Positions 30,657 through 41,320 of a DNA stretch of 64,000 nucleotides are shown in pieces (positions within the stretch are counted from its first letter, which is position 1; each line of letters opens with the position of its first letter). Both the position numbers and the translations under genes were made by a program. The notes under the pieces were generated by a model. That model was not told the DNA's origin, did not search any database, and saw nothing but the letters and a program-made list of their open reading frames with translations. Origin of the DNA: Candidatus Poribacteria bacterium (GTDB lineage Bacteria; Poribacteria; WGA-4E; WGA-3G); contig OZ243938.1 of NCBI GenBank assembly GCA_965214095.1, positions 3,520,001 through 3,584,000 of the forward strand. Reading direction: 5' to 3'.

Positions 30657-31010
30657 ATGTTAGCTGAAATTCGTAACAGAGAAGGTGTTATTGTTATCCG
30701 TCCGACTGGACGAATGATCGGGGCAGCAAACGTTGAACTTAGACAACAAATTCAGGAAGAACTTGAGGAATACTTTGATTCACCAAAGGTAATCTTCAAT
30801 CTTGAAGAAGTTACCCGAATGGATAGTAGTGGTTTGGGAACACTCGTTTCCGTTCACGTCACTATCACGCGAAAAGGTGGACGCACGGCTCTTGTCAAAG
30901 CAGGCGCGCATATCAGAAATCTACTCGTTCTTGGAAGGTTAGCGTCCGTTTTTGAAAGTTACGACACTGAAGAGGAAGCAATCCTTGAACTGAATGCAGA
31001 GAAAAGTTAA
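30657..31010 (+). CDS. STAS domain anti-sigma factor antagonist
   Basis: FNLEEVTRMDSSGLGTLV phospho-Ser motif; 117 aa. Confidence 0.9.
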   Translation: MLAEIRNREGVIVIRPTGRMIGAANVELRQQIQEELEEYFDSPKVIFNLEEVTRMDSSGLGTLVSVHVTITRKGGRTALVKAGAHIRNLLVLGRLASVFESYDTEEEAILELNAEKS

Positions 31011-31111
31011 ACTGTAGGATTAGTTACTCAACCTACACTTCTCTTTAGTTGACTGACTAAAGACATATTATATTCATATACTATTACGATTGAAGGATAT
31101 TAAGGAGATTT

Positions 31112-32269
31112 ATGGCAAATCAGAATTGCCTATCACTCACTGTCAACGCTGACAATCATGATAGGACTGGATGTCCTGTTGTTGTTGACCTTGACCATCC
31201 CAGTATTCACGAATATGCGAAACGTGATGTTATCCTAACGGATTCAGAAAATGGCGAGGTCGTTGCCGCACAATGCTACAAAAGTGATGACAAAAAGTCT
31301 ACGACTTTAGCATGGATACTTAACGATCTTCCCGCTGGTGCCTCACGGACCTATATGCTTTCAGAGGGTGGTATTAACACAGACACAGGTGTTGAATTAG
31401 AATATGGCACGGAAACAATTGATGTTACTCTAAACGGTAGACCTTTTACCACGTTTCGGTATGGATCAGAGCAGTTCCGTCCCTATTTCTTTCCTGTACT
31501 GGGACCGAATGGCCGTGAAGTAACACGCGGTGAAACAAGCGACATCTCAAAAGATCACGTTCATCACCGTTCACTCTACGTTGCTTATGGGGAAGTCAAT
31601 GATGTTGACTTATGGGGTGAAGGTAGCAATTGCGGCAGAGTTGTACATCAAGGTTTTACACAAAAACATGGTGGGGCAGTTGTCAGTAGAATTTATGCTG
31701 AAAACAACTGGGAAACGAAAGATGGCAAAGTCTTGATGAAAGATAAGCAACATTTTCGTATTTACAATTTGTCTGAAAAAGATACTATATTCGACCTTGA
31801 TTTGAGTTTTACTGCCTCTGAGGGTGATGTCCATTTTGGTGATACCAAAGAGGGTGGCATCATGTGCATTCGGGTACATCCATCCATGAACGCATCTGAT
31901 GGTGGAAAGATTGAAAACGCTTTCGGTGGGATCGATGAATCTGAAACTTGGGGGAAACGCGCGAACTGGTGTGATTATTCTGGTATTGTTGAAGGAACAC
32001 ATGCTGGAATTGCTGTGTATGACCACATCGTAAATCCGCGCTATCCAACATACTGGCATGTGCGCAACTACGGATTGATGGGAAGTAACATCTTTGGCAG
32101 CGGCACTTTTGAGCGTGACAAGTCTAAAGATGGTTCTTATATCCTCAAAGAGGGTGAAGAGATGCACTTCCGTTTCCGTGTACTCGTTCATGCAGGCGAT
32201 GCTACTGAAGGGAAGGTCGCACAGAAGTACCACGATTTCATCAACCCACCTACTGTTGAGATTTCCTAA
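31112..32269 (+). CDS. DUF6807 (PmoA-annotated) family beta-sandwich protein
   Basis: RPYFFPV, DHVHHRSL, FGDTKEGG, WGKRANWCDYSG, WHVRNYGL. Confidence 0.7.
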   Translation: MANQNCLSLTVNADNHDRTGCPVVVDLDHPSIHEYAKRDVILTDSENGEVVAAQCYKSDDKKSTTLAWILNDLPAGASRTYMLSEGGINTDTGVELEYGTETIDVTLNGRPFTTFRYGSEQFRPYFFPVLGPNGREVTRGETSDISKDHVHHRSLYVAYGEVNDVDLWGEGSNCGRVVHQGFTQKHGGAVVSRIYAENNWETKDGKVLMKDKQHFRIYNLSEKDTIFDLDLSFTASEGDVHFGDTKEGGIMCIRVHPSMNASDGGKIENAFGGIDESETWGKRANWCDYSGIVEGTHAGIAVYDHIVNPRYPTYWHVRNYGLMGSNIFGSGTFERDKSKDGSYILKEGEEMHFRFRVLVHAGDATEGKVAQKYHDFINPPTVEIS

Positions 32270-32371
32270 TACTGTAGTGAAACATTGATAGTTAAAGATA
32301 CATTGTAGGCGCGCTTTGTAAGCGCGTTATATCGTATTATAAAATTAAAGGACTTATAAGGAGACTGATAT

Positions 32372-33442
32372 ATGCCTATACCAACTATTCATGTGGGCTG
32401 CACGCATTTCGCACACGGACGGCTGCAAGCACAAGTCAATTCACACGGGTTTGAACCTGTAGCATGCGTAGACATCAATCTGGAAGCTGCAAAGAACGGT
32501 GTTGAATCAATAAACGGCGCGCCAGAAGGTTTATCTGACCGTATCTACACAACAATCACCGAAGCAAAAGAGAAACATGCGGAAGCTCAGGCGTGTCTTA
32601 TCTATGCTTCAACAACTGTGCATGAAAAATTAATCGTTGAAAGTCTGAATCTTGGTATGCATACGCTTTGTGTGAAGCCGATTGCTACTACACAAGCAGA
32701 ATTCCACAACATCATCAAAGCACATAAGGCTAACCCTGGCACGATTTTAGTTCAGGGACAAAACAAGCGATGGAATCCTGCTGCCGCAAAAATGCGGGAA
32801 TGGCTCCGTGAAGATGGAGGAATCGGTGAAATGCTTGGCGGAGAATGCCGATTCTGGATACGTCAGAATCTCTTTACTGGCCCCGATTCTCGCCAACCTG
32901 ATGCTTACGTTGACGGACTATATTTCCATGCAGGCTGCAGCCACCAAATTGACCAACTCGTTGGGGCAAAAGGACTTCCGAAGTATGTTACTGCACAAGT
33001 TCATAATCGTCGTGACCCCGCATTAGGACAGATAGATGCATGGGGAACTGCAGGTGGAAATGCTTTGATGGAATATGACAACGGGGCACCCGTCACGTAT
33101 GCTGGCACACGTGCAGGACACATGGGAGCTTACGGATGGAGCGGCTGTTGGACATTCCACGGTGAAGAAGGTGACCTCCGTCGCGATGGTGGACACCTAC
33201 AACTATTCCGAACAGGTCAAGAGGTCGAAAACCTTACGCTTCAAGACCTACATGGTGGTTTAATTGAAGACGACAGACTCCAATTCGATGCCTTCGCTGA
33301 CGCCATCACAACAGGCAAAGACCGTGACTGGATACAAGATAGCACACTCGGCACATGGATATTGATGGAAGCCTGCAATGAATCTTCGCGAACACACGAA
33401 CGTGTTGATGTTGAGGCATTTGCAGCGAAAATGCTTGCTTAA
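32372..33442 (+). CDS. Gfo/Idh/MocA family oxidoreductase (divergent)
   Basis: ACVDIN, HTLCVKPIA (EKP-like), QNKRW, CSHQID. Confidence 0.75.
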   Translation: MPIPTIHVGCTHFAHGRLQAQVNSHGFEPVACVDINLEAAKNGVESINGAPEGLSDRIYTTITEAKEKHAEAQACLIYASTTVHEKLIVESLNLGMHTLCVKPIATTQAEFHNIIKAHKANPGTILVQGQNKRWNPAAAKMREWLREDGGIGEMLGGECRFWIRQNLFTGPDSRQPDAYVDGLYFHAGCSHQIDQLVGAKGLPKYVTAQVHNRRDPALGQIDAWGTAGGNALMEYDNGAPVTYAGTRAGHMGAYGWSGCWTFHGEEGDLRRDGGHLQLFRTGQEVENLTLQDLHGGLIEDDRLQFDAFADAITTGKDRDWIQDSTLGTWILMEACNESSRTHERVDVEAFAAKMLA

Positions 33443-33456
33443 CATAGGGGTATCAA

Positions 33457-35085
33457 ATGCAATCACCGCACGGCTCGGCCTTTCGTCCATCTATTATGGG
33501 CAGCAACGGCATGGTTACATCTGGACACGTGCTTGCTTCACAAGCAGGCATACAAACAATGATGGCAGGTGGCAACGCTGTTGACGCTGCTATCGCAACT
33601 GCGGCTGCCCTCGGTGTCGTAGAACCTGCGGGTTCTGGTATCGGTGGAGATGGATTTATACTCATCTATTGGGCAGAAACAGGACAGGTCGCAGCGGTAA
33701 ATGGCACAGGACCGGCACCGAATGCTGCTACTCGCGAGGCTTATCTCAAAAACGGTGGTATTCCGATGAAAGGCATGCGAAGTGTATCAGTCCCTGGACT
33801 TCTTGACGCTTGGCTGCTTGCACATGAACGATACGGCACGCTCAAGTTAGACGATGTATTTACCCCAGCAATCTCTCTCTGTGAAGAAGGTTTTCCCGTT
33901 AGTCAGAGACTCGCAGGAGGATTAAGAGGCGAAAACCCTCGCTTCGCAGCTGAACCAGACAGTCGCGCCATTTTCACAAACGATGGCGAACCGATCCCAA
34001 CTGGTGAAATTCTTGCAAATGCCAATCTCGGTACAACGTTCCGAAAAATAGCCAAAGATGGCAGAGATACATTCTACAAAGGTGAAATTGCCAAAACCAT
34101 CGCTGAATTCAGTGATGCTTATGACGGACTATTAACAGCGGAAGACCTTGCAGACTATCAGGCACACTGGGATGATCCGATACACGTCAACTATCGCGGG
34201 TACGAAGTTTATGAAATGCCTCCTAACTCCAGTGGACATATCTTGCTACAAGAATTGAATGTAGTTGAGTTGTTTGATTTACAAGCATTAGGATGTAACA
34301 CAGCAGAAAGTGTGCATCTAATGGTTGAAGCAAAAAAACTCGCCTTCGCTGACAGAGAGAAATACATGGCAGACCCAAATTGGGTGGATGTTCCCATTGA
34401 TGGATTACTTTCTAAATCATACGCCGCTGAACAAGCGAATCGGATTGATCTGGAAAAAGCTGCCATTGATGTTCCCGCAGGTGGACTAGAAGCACACGAA
34501 GATACTACATGTTTCTGCACTGCCGACCGTGCAGGAAATCTCGTTTGTGTGTTGCAGAGTATCCAATCAGGATTCGGTTCCGGTTTGGTAGCAGGGGACA
34601 CTGGCATTCTACTAAACAACCGAATGACCTATTGGCATCTGGAGGAAGACCATCCAAACTGCTTAATGCCGGGAAAACGGGTCCGTCACACAATGAATCC
34701 AGTCATCGTAACAAAAGATGGCAAACCCGTATTAGCATGTGGAACACCGGGTGCAGATACACAAGTCCAAACAAATCTACAGTTGGTCACGCATGCACTT
34801 GACTTTGGCATGAGACCACAGGAAGCAGTCTCTGCACCGCGTTGGCGTAGCCTTCAGAATCCGATGGAGTCAACGATTCCACATACTTGTTCTAATCATC
34901 TACAATTGGAAACACGATTTTCATCAGATACTCAAGATGGTTTGGCTGACAGAGGACATGAACTCCAACTCGTCGGGGATTGGGGTGGTCCTGGCAGCGC
35001 TCAGATGATACAGGTTCATCCTGAATCGGGGGCACTCATTGGCGGATCCGATCCAAGAACGGACGGATATGCAGTAACCTATTAG
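33457..35085 (+). CDS. ggt: Cytoplasmic gamma-glutamyltransferase family protein
   Basis: GGNAVDAAIA, GIGGDGF, PPNSSG, nucleophile DTTCF, GILLNNR, PGKRVRHT, DPRTDG. Confidence 0.9.
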   Translation: MQSPHGSAFRPSIMGSNGMVTSGHVLASQAGIQTMMAGGNAVDAAIATAAALGVVEPAGSGIGGDGFILIYWAETGQVAAVNGTGPAPNAATREAYLKNGGIPMKGMRSVSVPGLLDAWLLAHERYGTLKLDDVFTPAISLCEEGFPVSQRLAGGLRGENPRFAAEPDSRAIFTNDGEPIPTGEILANANLGTTFRKIAKDGRDTFYKGEIAKTIAEFSDAYDGLLTAEDLADYQAHWDDPIHVNYRGYEVYEMPPNSSGHILLQELNVVELFDLQALGCNTAESVHLMVEAKKLAFADREKYMADPNWVDVPIDGLLSKSYAAEQANRIDLEKAAIDVPAGGLEAHEDTTCFCTADRAGNLVCVLQSIQSGFGSGLVAGDTGILLNNRMTYWHLEEDHPNCLMPGKRVRHTMNPVIVTKDGKPVLACGTPGADTQVQTNLQLVTHALDFGMRPQEAVSAPRWRSLQNPMESTIPHTCSNHLQLETRFSSDTQDGLADRGHELQLVGDWGGPGSAQMIQVHPESGALIGGSDPRTDGYAVTY

Positions 35086-35118
35086 ATAGCACTGTAGTGT
35101 TTTGTCTACACTAATCTT

Positions 35119-35196
35119 GTAGGTCGGGTAGAGACACGAAACCCGACATGCAGCCATTTATCATCAATAAAGTCGGGTTTCGTGCCTCTACCCGAC
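35119..35196. repeat. Inverted pair of GTAG-type REPs (second REP family, BIME/REPIN-like)
   Basis: GTAG-GTCGGGTAGAGACACGAAACCCGAC and its reverse complement (24/25 match) at 35172-35196. Confidence 0.8.
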
Positions 35197-35250
35197 GGAC
35201 AATGTCCGAATGGACAATCCAGTAGTCATAGACTGTAAACGGAGATATAG

Positions 35251-36309
35251 ATGAAAATATTAGTAACAGGTGGAACAGGACGTATCGGATCAAATCTAAC
35301 CAAGAAACTGTTAGAAAAGGGACACGAAATCCGTTGTTTTACCTATCCCGGTGATGTCAATCGTGTGGATAGATGGAAAGGTAATGACAAGGTAGAAACA
35401 TTCCTCGGTGATCTGCGAGAATATGAAGATGTCAAAAAAGCAGTTGAAGGTGTTGACGTTATCTATCATATCGCTGCTGCTTTTGGCGGTCCATTTAATA
35501 ACCGTGAGTATCTTGCTATCAATGGGATGGGAACACTCAATATTTTAGAATGTGTCCGTGAATTCAATAAAGACATACACCGTTTCGTATACGCAAGTAC
35601 AGAGGCTATTTATTGGCAATTAACCGAAAAGGGTAGACTATTCAACGAACTCATCACAGAGGATATGGTTGCCAAATATCACCACATGCCTTACTTTCTT
35701 ACGAAATGGATCGGCGAAGAACTCTGCATGACATATCATCACCAATATAATGTGCCATCCACAGTTTTTCGATTTGCCACTGTGGTAGAACCGAGTGAAT
35801 TCCTCAATGATGATGGACTACCCAAATTATTCGTCTTTAGCACCATCTATAACCGATATAAAAACTATAAAGGTGATGATCCTGCAGAATTAGAAACTGC
35901 AGAAGCAGTTATGAAAGCGTGGAACGGTGAAGAAAAGTTCATACTCAAACGTAACCCAGATGGTAGAGCTTACAAAGAACATTTCACCGACATCCGAGAC
36001 ATTGTTCAGGGATTAGTTTTAGGTATTGAAAAAGATTCATCTGTCGGTCAAGAATTCACACTCGGTGGGAACGGGGTTTTCAATTTTGAGGAGGTCATCC
36101 CCTATCTGTGTGAACGTTATAAAATGGATTATGCAGATATTAAACTTACGAACCCCAACTATTTTGAGTTTGACCTAACTAAAATCAAAACATTATTAGA
36201 CTTTGAACCGCAGCACGACATTGCCAGTATTCTTGATGCAGCCGAAGCGATGAAACGCGGAGAAGATGTCGGCATCATTCCAACGGGGGTTCGATGGGGT
36301 AAAGGTTGA
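35251..36309 (+). CDS. NAD-dependent epimerase/dehydratase (extended SDR)
   Basis: VTGGTGRIG, IYHIAA, YxxxK as YFLTK. Confidence 0.9.
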   Translation: MKILVTGGTGRIGSNLTKKLLEKGHEIRCFTYPGDVNRVDRWKGNDKVETFLGDLREYEDVKKAVEGVDVIYHIAAAFGGPFNNREYLAINGMGTLNILECVREFNKDIHRFVYASTEAIYWQLTEKGRLFNELITEDMVAKYHHMPYFLTKWIGEELCMTYHHQYNVPSTVFRFATVVEPSEFLNDDGLPKLFVFSTIYNRYKNYKGDDPAELETAEAVMKAWNGEEKFILKRNPDGRAYKEHFTDIRDIVQGLVLGIEKDSSVGQEFTLGGNGVFNFEEVIPYLCERYKMDYADIKLTNPNYFEFDLTKIKTLLDFEPQHDIASILDAAEAMKRGEDVGIIPTGVRWGKG

Positions 36310-36398
36310 TTTTCCTTGAAATCTGTGGAGAGATAGGTTAAACTTAATATCGGAGAACACAATTAGACCTTAAGCACCCCAAATTGAGGAGATTCGCG

Positions 36399-38063
36399 AT
36401 GAAAAAGACATATTGGACGAAAAACCGAAATTGGATTATCCTATTTGCATTTGCGTTTTTAGCAGCGGGTTGTGCAACTGTGACGACAGTCACAACGAAC
36501 AATAGACACGTCCATTCAAGCACAATACACTTAGATAGACACATCGATTCTGTCCTGAACAGGGAAGGAATTAAGCCGTCAAAACAGACATCGGATTCGG
36601 AATTCCTTCGACGTATCTATTTAGATATGACAGGAACAATTCCCACCCCCGAAGAAGTCTTAGATTTTATCAATGACGGTTCACAATACAAACGTTCAGA
36701 GAAAATAGATGAACTTATTGAAAACAAAGAGTCTGTTGAGTATTGGACAAATATATGGGTCAACTGGCTCATCGGTAGGCGTGACGATGCGGATGACAGA
36801 CGTATCGGTTTAACCGCATGGGTGCGTGAAGCACTTGATACCAACATGCCTTATGATCAATTTGTTAGTGAACTCGTCGCTGCAGATGGTGAGTTAAAGG
36901 ATAACGCAGCAGGAAACTATGTCCTCCGTTATGAAAGATCCCCTGTCTTTTTAACTTCACACACCTCCCGATTATTTCTCGGACTTCCCATGCAGTGTGC
37001 AGAATGCCATGATCATAAAACCGAAACGTGGCTGCAAAAAGATTTCTATGGTGTCGCCGCATTTTTCACCGGTATCCAGAGTGAAGAAAAAGGTATGATA
37101 AAAGGCAAAGATATGATCGGTAATGAGAAAGAGATGGAAAATTATCTCATTACAAATAGCGCAAAACAAGACCGCGCAATGTACGTTGAAAGTATGAAGG
37201 AATCGGTTACACCGCGTTTCCTTGATGGAACAGATTATACAGGTGAACTCACCAAGAAACGTCAAGCACTCGCTGAATGGATGACCACAAGAGAGAACCC
37301 TTTCTTTAGCAAAGCGATTGTGAACCGAATCTGGAAACACTTTATGGGACGTGGATTTGTTGAACCGGTTGATGGATTCGGAGCCGAGAATAGACCTACC
37401 AACCCTGCACTCTTGGCTTGGTTCGCTGAAGATTTTGTCATTCACGGATATGACTTACAGCACCTGATGCGGACAATCCTCAATTCAAATGCGTATCAGA
37501 GAACTTCAGAGACAAATGAGAGCAACAAGGATGATGACATCTATTACTCACACGTATATATGAAACCTTTGAGTGCAGAACAATTCTTCTATTCTATGCT
37601 GCAAGCTACTGCCTTTGAAAGATTGCAGAAGTTGAAAATGGATAGTATGGACAAGAGTGGGGGTGAAGAAAGAGAAAAAATGATCCGGGAACTTGAGTCT
37701 AAGAAACGCGAACATCTCAAAAAATTCCTCTTCCTACTTGACAACGGTGAGATGGAAGAAATTGAAGCATTCAGCGGAACCGTCCCACAGGCACTTATGA
37801 TGATTAATGGAAACATGGTAAATGATAGTGCGGATCACAACAAACATGGAACTTTCGTTAACTATGTCCTTGATCATTGGCATGATACCAGTGAACGTGT
37901 AGAATATATGTATCTCACAGTACTTTCACGCAAACCGACTATAAAAGAAAAGACCTTTTTCCAACGATATATAGATCGTAGCAATTACACCCAAAAGTCT
38001 TTAGCTTATGAAGATCTATATTGGGTTTTACTGAATTCAGCAGAATTTTCGCTGAACCATTAG
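36399..38063 (+). CDS. DUF1549/DUF1553 (Planctomycete PSCyt2/PSD1) lipoprotein
   Basis: Lipobox AAGC, FLRRIYLDMTGTIP, CAECHDH, VNRIWKHFMGRG, QALMMING, LLNSAEF. Confidence 0.88.
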   Translation: MKKTYWTKNRNWIILFAFAFLAAGCATVTTVTTNNRHVHSSTIHLDRHIDSVLNREGIKPSKQTSDSEFLRRIYLDMTGTIPTPEEVLDFINDGSQYKRSEKIDELIENKESVEYWTNIWVNWLIGRRDDADDRRIGLTAWVREALDTNMPYDQFVSELVAADGELKDNAAGNYVLRYERSPVFLTSHTSRLFLGLPMQCAECHDHKTETWLQKDFYGVAAFFTGIQSEEKGMIKGKDMIGNEKEMENYLITNSAKQDRAMYVESMKESVTPRFLDGTDYTGELTKKRQALAEWMTTRENPFFSKAIVNRIWKHFMGRGFVEPVDGFGAENRPTNPALLAWFAEDFVIHGYDLQHLMRTILNSNAYQRTSETNESNKDDDIYYSHVYMKPLSAEQFFYSMLQATAFERLQKLKMDSMDKSGGEEREKMIRELESKKREHLKKFLFLLDNGEMEEIEAFSGTVPQALMMINGNMVNDSADHNKHGTFVNYVLDHWHDTSERVEYMYLTVLSRKPTIKEKTFFQRYIDRSNYTQKSLAYEDLYWVLLNSAEFSLNH

Positions 38064-38121
38064 AATAGAAACGGCGATTTGTCAGTCAATGAATCGCCTT
38101 AACAAAAAGGAGTGCCATCAC

Positions 38122-38841
38122 ATGAAAAAACTTGGTATATTTATCCTCTTGTGTATTCTCACCTTTGGTATCGTAACGGTTGGGATTGCACAAATCCTAT
38201 TTGAGGATAACTTTGACAAAGCAAACGAATCAGAGAAAAAATGGGTTTCCTTATGGGGAGACTGGGAATTCAAAGATAAAGAATATCATCAGAATTCCGG
38301 CGATTCCAACTGCATGAGTGTTATTGCTGATGACTATTGGGATGAGGAATGGAATGAATACACCTACGAAGTGCGTGGTAATAAGACCGGCGGTGCTGAA
38401 GGATTCCTCATTATGTTCCGTTGCCAAGGCACAATGGAACCTCGAGGACATGCACTTAGAGAACATCCCCCTCGCATGCAAGGTCAGGACCGTTTAGAAT
38501 ATTGGTGGAATCTCGGGGGATGGGGTAACACCACTTCAAAAGTAGAGTCGTGGGGTGGTGTAGCAAGTCCAAACTCTAACGATACTATTACTACAGGAGA
38601 CTGGTATGACATCAAAATTGTTAATACACCTACAGGTTATACGCTCTATCTTAACGATGAAAAGGTAGGCGATACAATTAACGATGCCACCAGAGATGGT
38701 GTTGGACGAGTCGGTGTCGCTACATGGGCAACTATGGCAATATATGAAGATGTACTCGTCTACGGTCCTGGCGGTCCACTACCGGTTGATCCAAAAGGCA
38801 AAGTCGCAACGGCTTGGGGTTTTCTTAAAGCTGGAAGATAG
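38122..38841 (+). CDS. Secreted ConA/DUF1080-like beta-sandwich protein with C-terminal VDPKGKVATAWGFLK motif
   Basis: Signal peptide, LFEDNF, GDWYDIKI, YLND, GRVGV; conserved tail. Confidence 0.7.
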   Translation: MKKLGIFILLCILTFGIVTVGIAQILFEDNFDKANESEKKWVSLWGDWEFKDKEYHQNSGDSNCMSVIADDYWDEEWNEYTYEVRGNKTGGAEGFLIMFRCQGTMEPRGHALREHPPRMQGQDRLEYWWNLGGWGNTTSKVESWGGVASPNSNDTITTGDWYDIKIVNTPTGYTLYLNDEKVGDTINDATRDGVGRVGVATWATMAIYEDVLVYGPGGPLPVDPKGKVATAWGFLKAGR

Positions 38842-38932
38842 AATTAGTCTTTGCGGAAAATTCAATATTACTTAATTAAATAAGAATACCTTTTGGGTAC
38901 TTTGCAAACGCTACTGCAAGGTAAAAAAATGT

Positions 38933-38976
38933 AAGAGAGGTAGAACCATTACAAGTGGTCCTATCTCTCTTTTTTC
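38933..38976. terminator. Rho-independent terminator between convergent genes
   Basis: AGAGAGGTAGAACCA...TGGTCCTATCTCTCT followed by a T run. Confidence 0.75.
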
Positions 38977-38992
38977 AATTTCATTTCTTTTC

Positions 38993-40036
38993 TTACCGAT
39001 CCTCAGAATGCTCATGTGGATGCGGATGTTCTGGTGCTTCAGGCACCGGACGTTGAGACAACCACCATGCAAACACCACTACCAAACATGCAAACACTAT
39101 CGCACAGATTGACATCGGCATACCCACGGTCTTCTCTTCTTCCGTAAGACTCTCCGCTTGTGCACGAATCTTGAATAGCGCGATAACACCACACACAACA
39201 ACCACCACAGCCATCACAAGATTTGCTTGCCACGGCACACTGAAAAGCACTGTGATAAGCGAAATCACAGCAACAGTCATACTCAATAGAGCAAACGAGT
39301 TGTAAGGGGTCGTATCAATTTCATCTGTTTCAGCGACATCGGTATACTGACGCGGTAGCACTGGAACAGGCGCACCATCCTGATAGGTCATCTCAATCAG
39401 TTTGATGAATTCCGCTAACAGTTTTTCCTCTTGAATCCATTCATATAACTTTGGATATTCATGCCGCATCAGTATGACAAATTCTTGACGTTGCGCGCTG
39501 TAATCTGTAAACTCATCCCAATCCTTTTCGTCAACGGTAATATATGGTTCCGTACCGACACGGAGTTCATACCCCTTTCCAGCAACATAAACGACACTAC
39601 CGATATCCTCGCGTTGTGCCATGAGTATCTCACCAGATTCCATCATCAGTTGTTGATTATCCTCCATAGTAGCTGCCATGTCGCGTTGTTTGAGTGCTTC
39701 TGCTTTCTCTTCAGATTGCGATGACAACTCGCTATCTGTAATTGCCACATCAATACGACTCATCAATTCAAGTGCAGTAACCTCATGTTCTGGGTCAACA
39801 AACAGCGCGGTTTTCCGTTCTGCTTTTACTGGTATCGGACGGCAGCGAATTTGTTGCGCGCCTAAAGTCGCTTGAATTAACTTGATTTCCCAATCATCAC
39901 TTGTGCGGTAAATCTCAACCCAGTTGGCAGTATCACCTACCTGCTCACCCATGAACTCAGAAACCTGATTCAATCTACCTTCACTAACTTGTGCATCCTG
40001 CATCGGATTAGGCAGTTTCCCTCTTTCTCCATCCAT
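38993..40036 (-). CDS. Membrane protein with DUF2007-like N-terminal domain, three C-terminal TMs and a His-rich tail
   Basis: WVEIYRTSDDWEIKLIQATL pattern; hydrophobic helices; EHPHPHEH tail. Confidence 0.6.
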   Translation of the reverse strand: MDGERGKLPNPMQDAQVSEGRLNQVSEFMGEQVGDTANWVEIYRTSDDWEIKLIQATLGAQQIRCRPIPVKAERKTALFVDPEHEVTALELMSRIDVAITDSELSSQSEEKAEALKQRDMAATMEDNQQLMMESGEILMAQREDIGSVVYVAGKGYELRVGTEPYITVDEKDWDEFTDYSAQRQEFVILMRHEYPKLYEWIQEEKLLAEFIKLIEMTYQDGAPVPVLPRQYTDVAETDEIDTTPYNSFALLSMTVAVISLITVLFSVPWQANLVMAVVVVVCGVIALFKIRAQAESLTEEEKTVGMPMSICAIVFACLVVVFAWWLSQRPVPEAPEHPHPHEHSEDR

Positions 40037-40058
40037 CAGACATCAACCCCACAGTACC

Positions 40059-40084
40059 GGTAAGTGCGGTTTCCTAACCACACT
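40059..40084 (+). repeat. Degenerate GTAG-REP
   Basis: GGTAAGTGCGGTTTCCTAACCACAC. Confidence 0.65.
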
Positions 40085-40105
40085 GGACATCATTTCGTTG
40101 AGCTT

Positions 40106-41320
40106 TCAACTCTCTGCCAATAACTCATCATAGACCGCTTCTGTCAAAGCACTGTTTTTCTCACTGCTAAATAACTGTTCAGCGCGTTGCCGTGCCGCTA
40201 TTCCCATCGCAGCTAACTGTTCCGAATCATTTGCGAGTTTGGCAATTGCAGATGCAATCGCTTCAGCGTTTTCAGGTGGCACTAATACACCTGTTTCAGG
40301 TGTAACCAACTCCTTACTTCCACCCAGCGGCGTTGCAATCACCGGCTTGCCAACGGCCATCGCTTCAATAATAGTCCGCGGACATGCCTCAGGTATAATA
40401 GAAGGCACTAACACAATATCAAGCAGGGACGTTACAATCCGAGTGTCAGATAGAAAACCAGTGAAGATAACTGAATCGGCAACGTCTAAATCCACAACCT
40501 CTTGTTCCAGCGATGCCATATAATCCTGGTCTTTCTGAAAATAAGGTCCACCTACAATCAGCAGTTTGATGTTATCCGAGTTGGGTTCTGTTCTTTTCAA
40601 CTCAGCCATTGCTCTCACCAGAAAATGGATCCCCTTTTCCGGTGTTATCCGAGTCACTACGCCAACGAATAACGGATGCGTTGATTCCGTGTTGTTCTGT
40701 GTGTCATCACTATTTTCCGATAGGAGTTCTGTCCGTAGTGATTCCACTTCTGCTTGTGATGCTTGAAATGCTTCCAAATCCACTCCATTATAGATTAGAG
40801 TCTGCTTTTCCGCGGGGGCAAAATTCCAACGTGTCGCTTCCGAAACCAATATCACACGATTCAGCAGTTTCTCACAGATCTTGTCCAATATACCGTAGGA
40901 TGTAGCATAACGTTTGTGCATGAGAATAGGAATGCGGTGCCACTTCGCAACAATACCACCGAGTAGTGCTACAGACAGCGAATTGGCGTGGATAAGTGAA
41001 ATTGAATTTTGTTTTACTGCTTGATGAATTTGTCCGATAACTCGAAGTTGACGAAAGTCATTCAGCAGGTCATGAAACGTAAATCGCTTCACCTTATCTA
41101 TTTTGTTATGTGCTTCGGGGAGAGAAAGTGGTATAACTTGTGTGTCTGTCTTAGCCACTTCATCTGCAAACGGACTGTTGCCAAGACAACCTACGAACGG
41201 TGAGAAACGTTGTTTGTTCAACAACTTCAGCAGGAGTAGCAGACTCCGTTGCCCGCCACCAATACCTGAACCGCTATCAAGATAGAGAATGTTGTATTTT
41301 GATGGATCGGATGTTTTCAT
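40106..41320 (-). CDS. Glycosyltransferase family 4
   Basis: GGGQRS, RITPEKG, EACPRTIIEAMAVGKPVIAT. Confidence 0.9.
   Translation of the reverse strand: MKTSDPSKYNILYLDSGSGIGGGQRSLLLLLKLLNKQRFSPFVGCLGNSPFADEVAKTDTQVIPLSLPEAHNKIDKVKRFTFHDLLNDFRQLRVIGQIHQAVKQNSISLIHANSLSVALLGGIVAKWHRIPILMHKRYATSYGILDKICEKLLNRVILVSEATRWNFAPAEKQTLIYNGVDLEAFQASQAEVESLRTELLSENSDDTQNNTESTHPLFVGVVTRITPEKGIHFLVRAMAELKRTEPNSDNIKLLIVGGPYFQKDQDYMASLEQEVVDLDVADSVIFTGFLSDTRIVTSLLDIVLVPSIIPEACPRTIIEAMAVGKPVIATPLGGSKELVTPETGVLVPPENAEAIASAIAKLANDSEQLAAMGIAARQRAEQLFSSEKNSALTEAVYDELLAES

Noticed and set aside
31610-32233. 207-aa antisense ORF, and the many other short antisense or nested ORFs in the track
   Set aside because: They lie wholly within well-supported genes, lack RBS and motifs, and look like shadow frames
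31112-32269. Methane monooxygenase subunit (PmoA label)
   Set aside because: Soluble beta-rich protein with no TMs and no pmoB/pmoC; the family label is misleading
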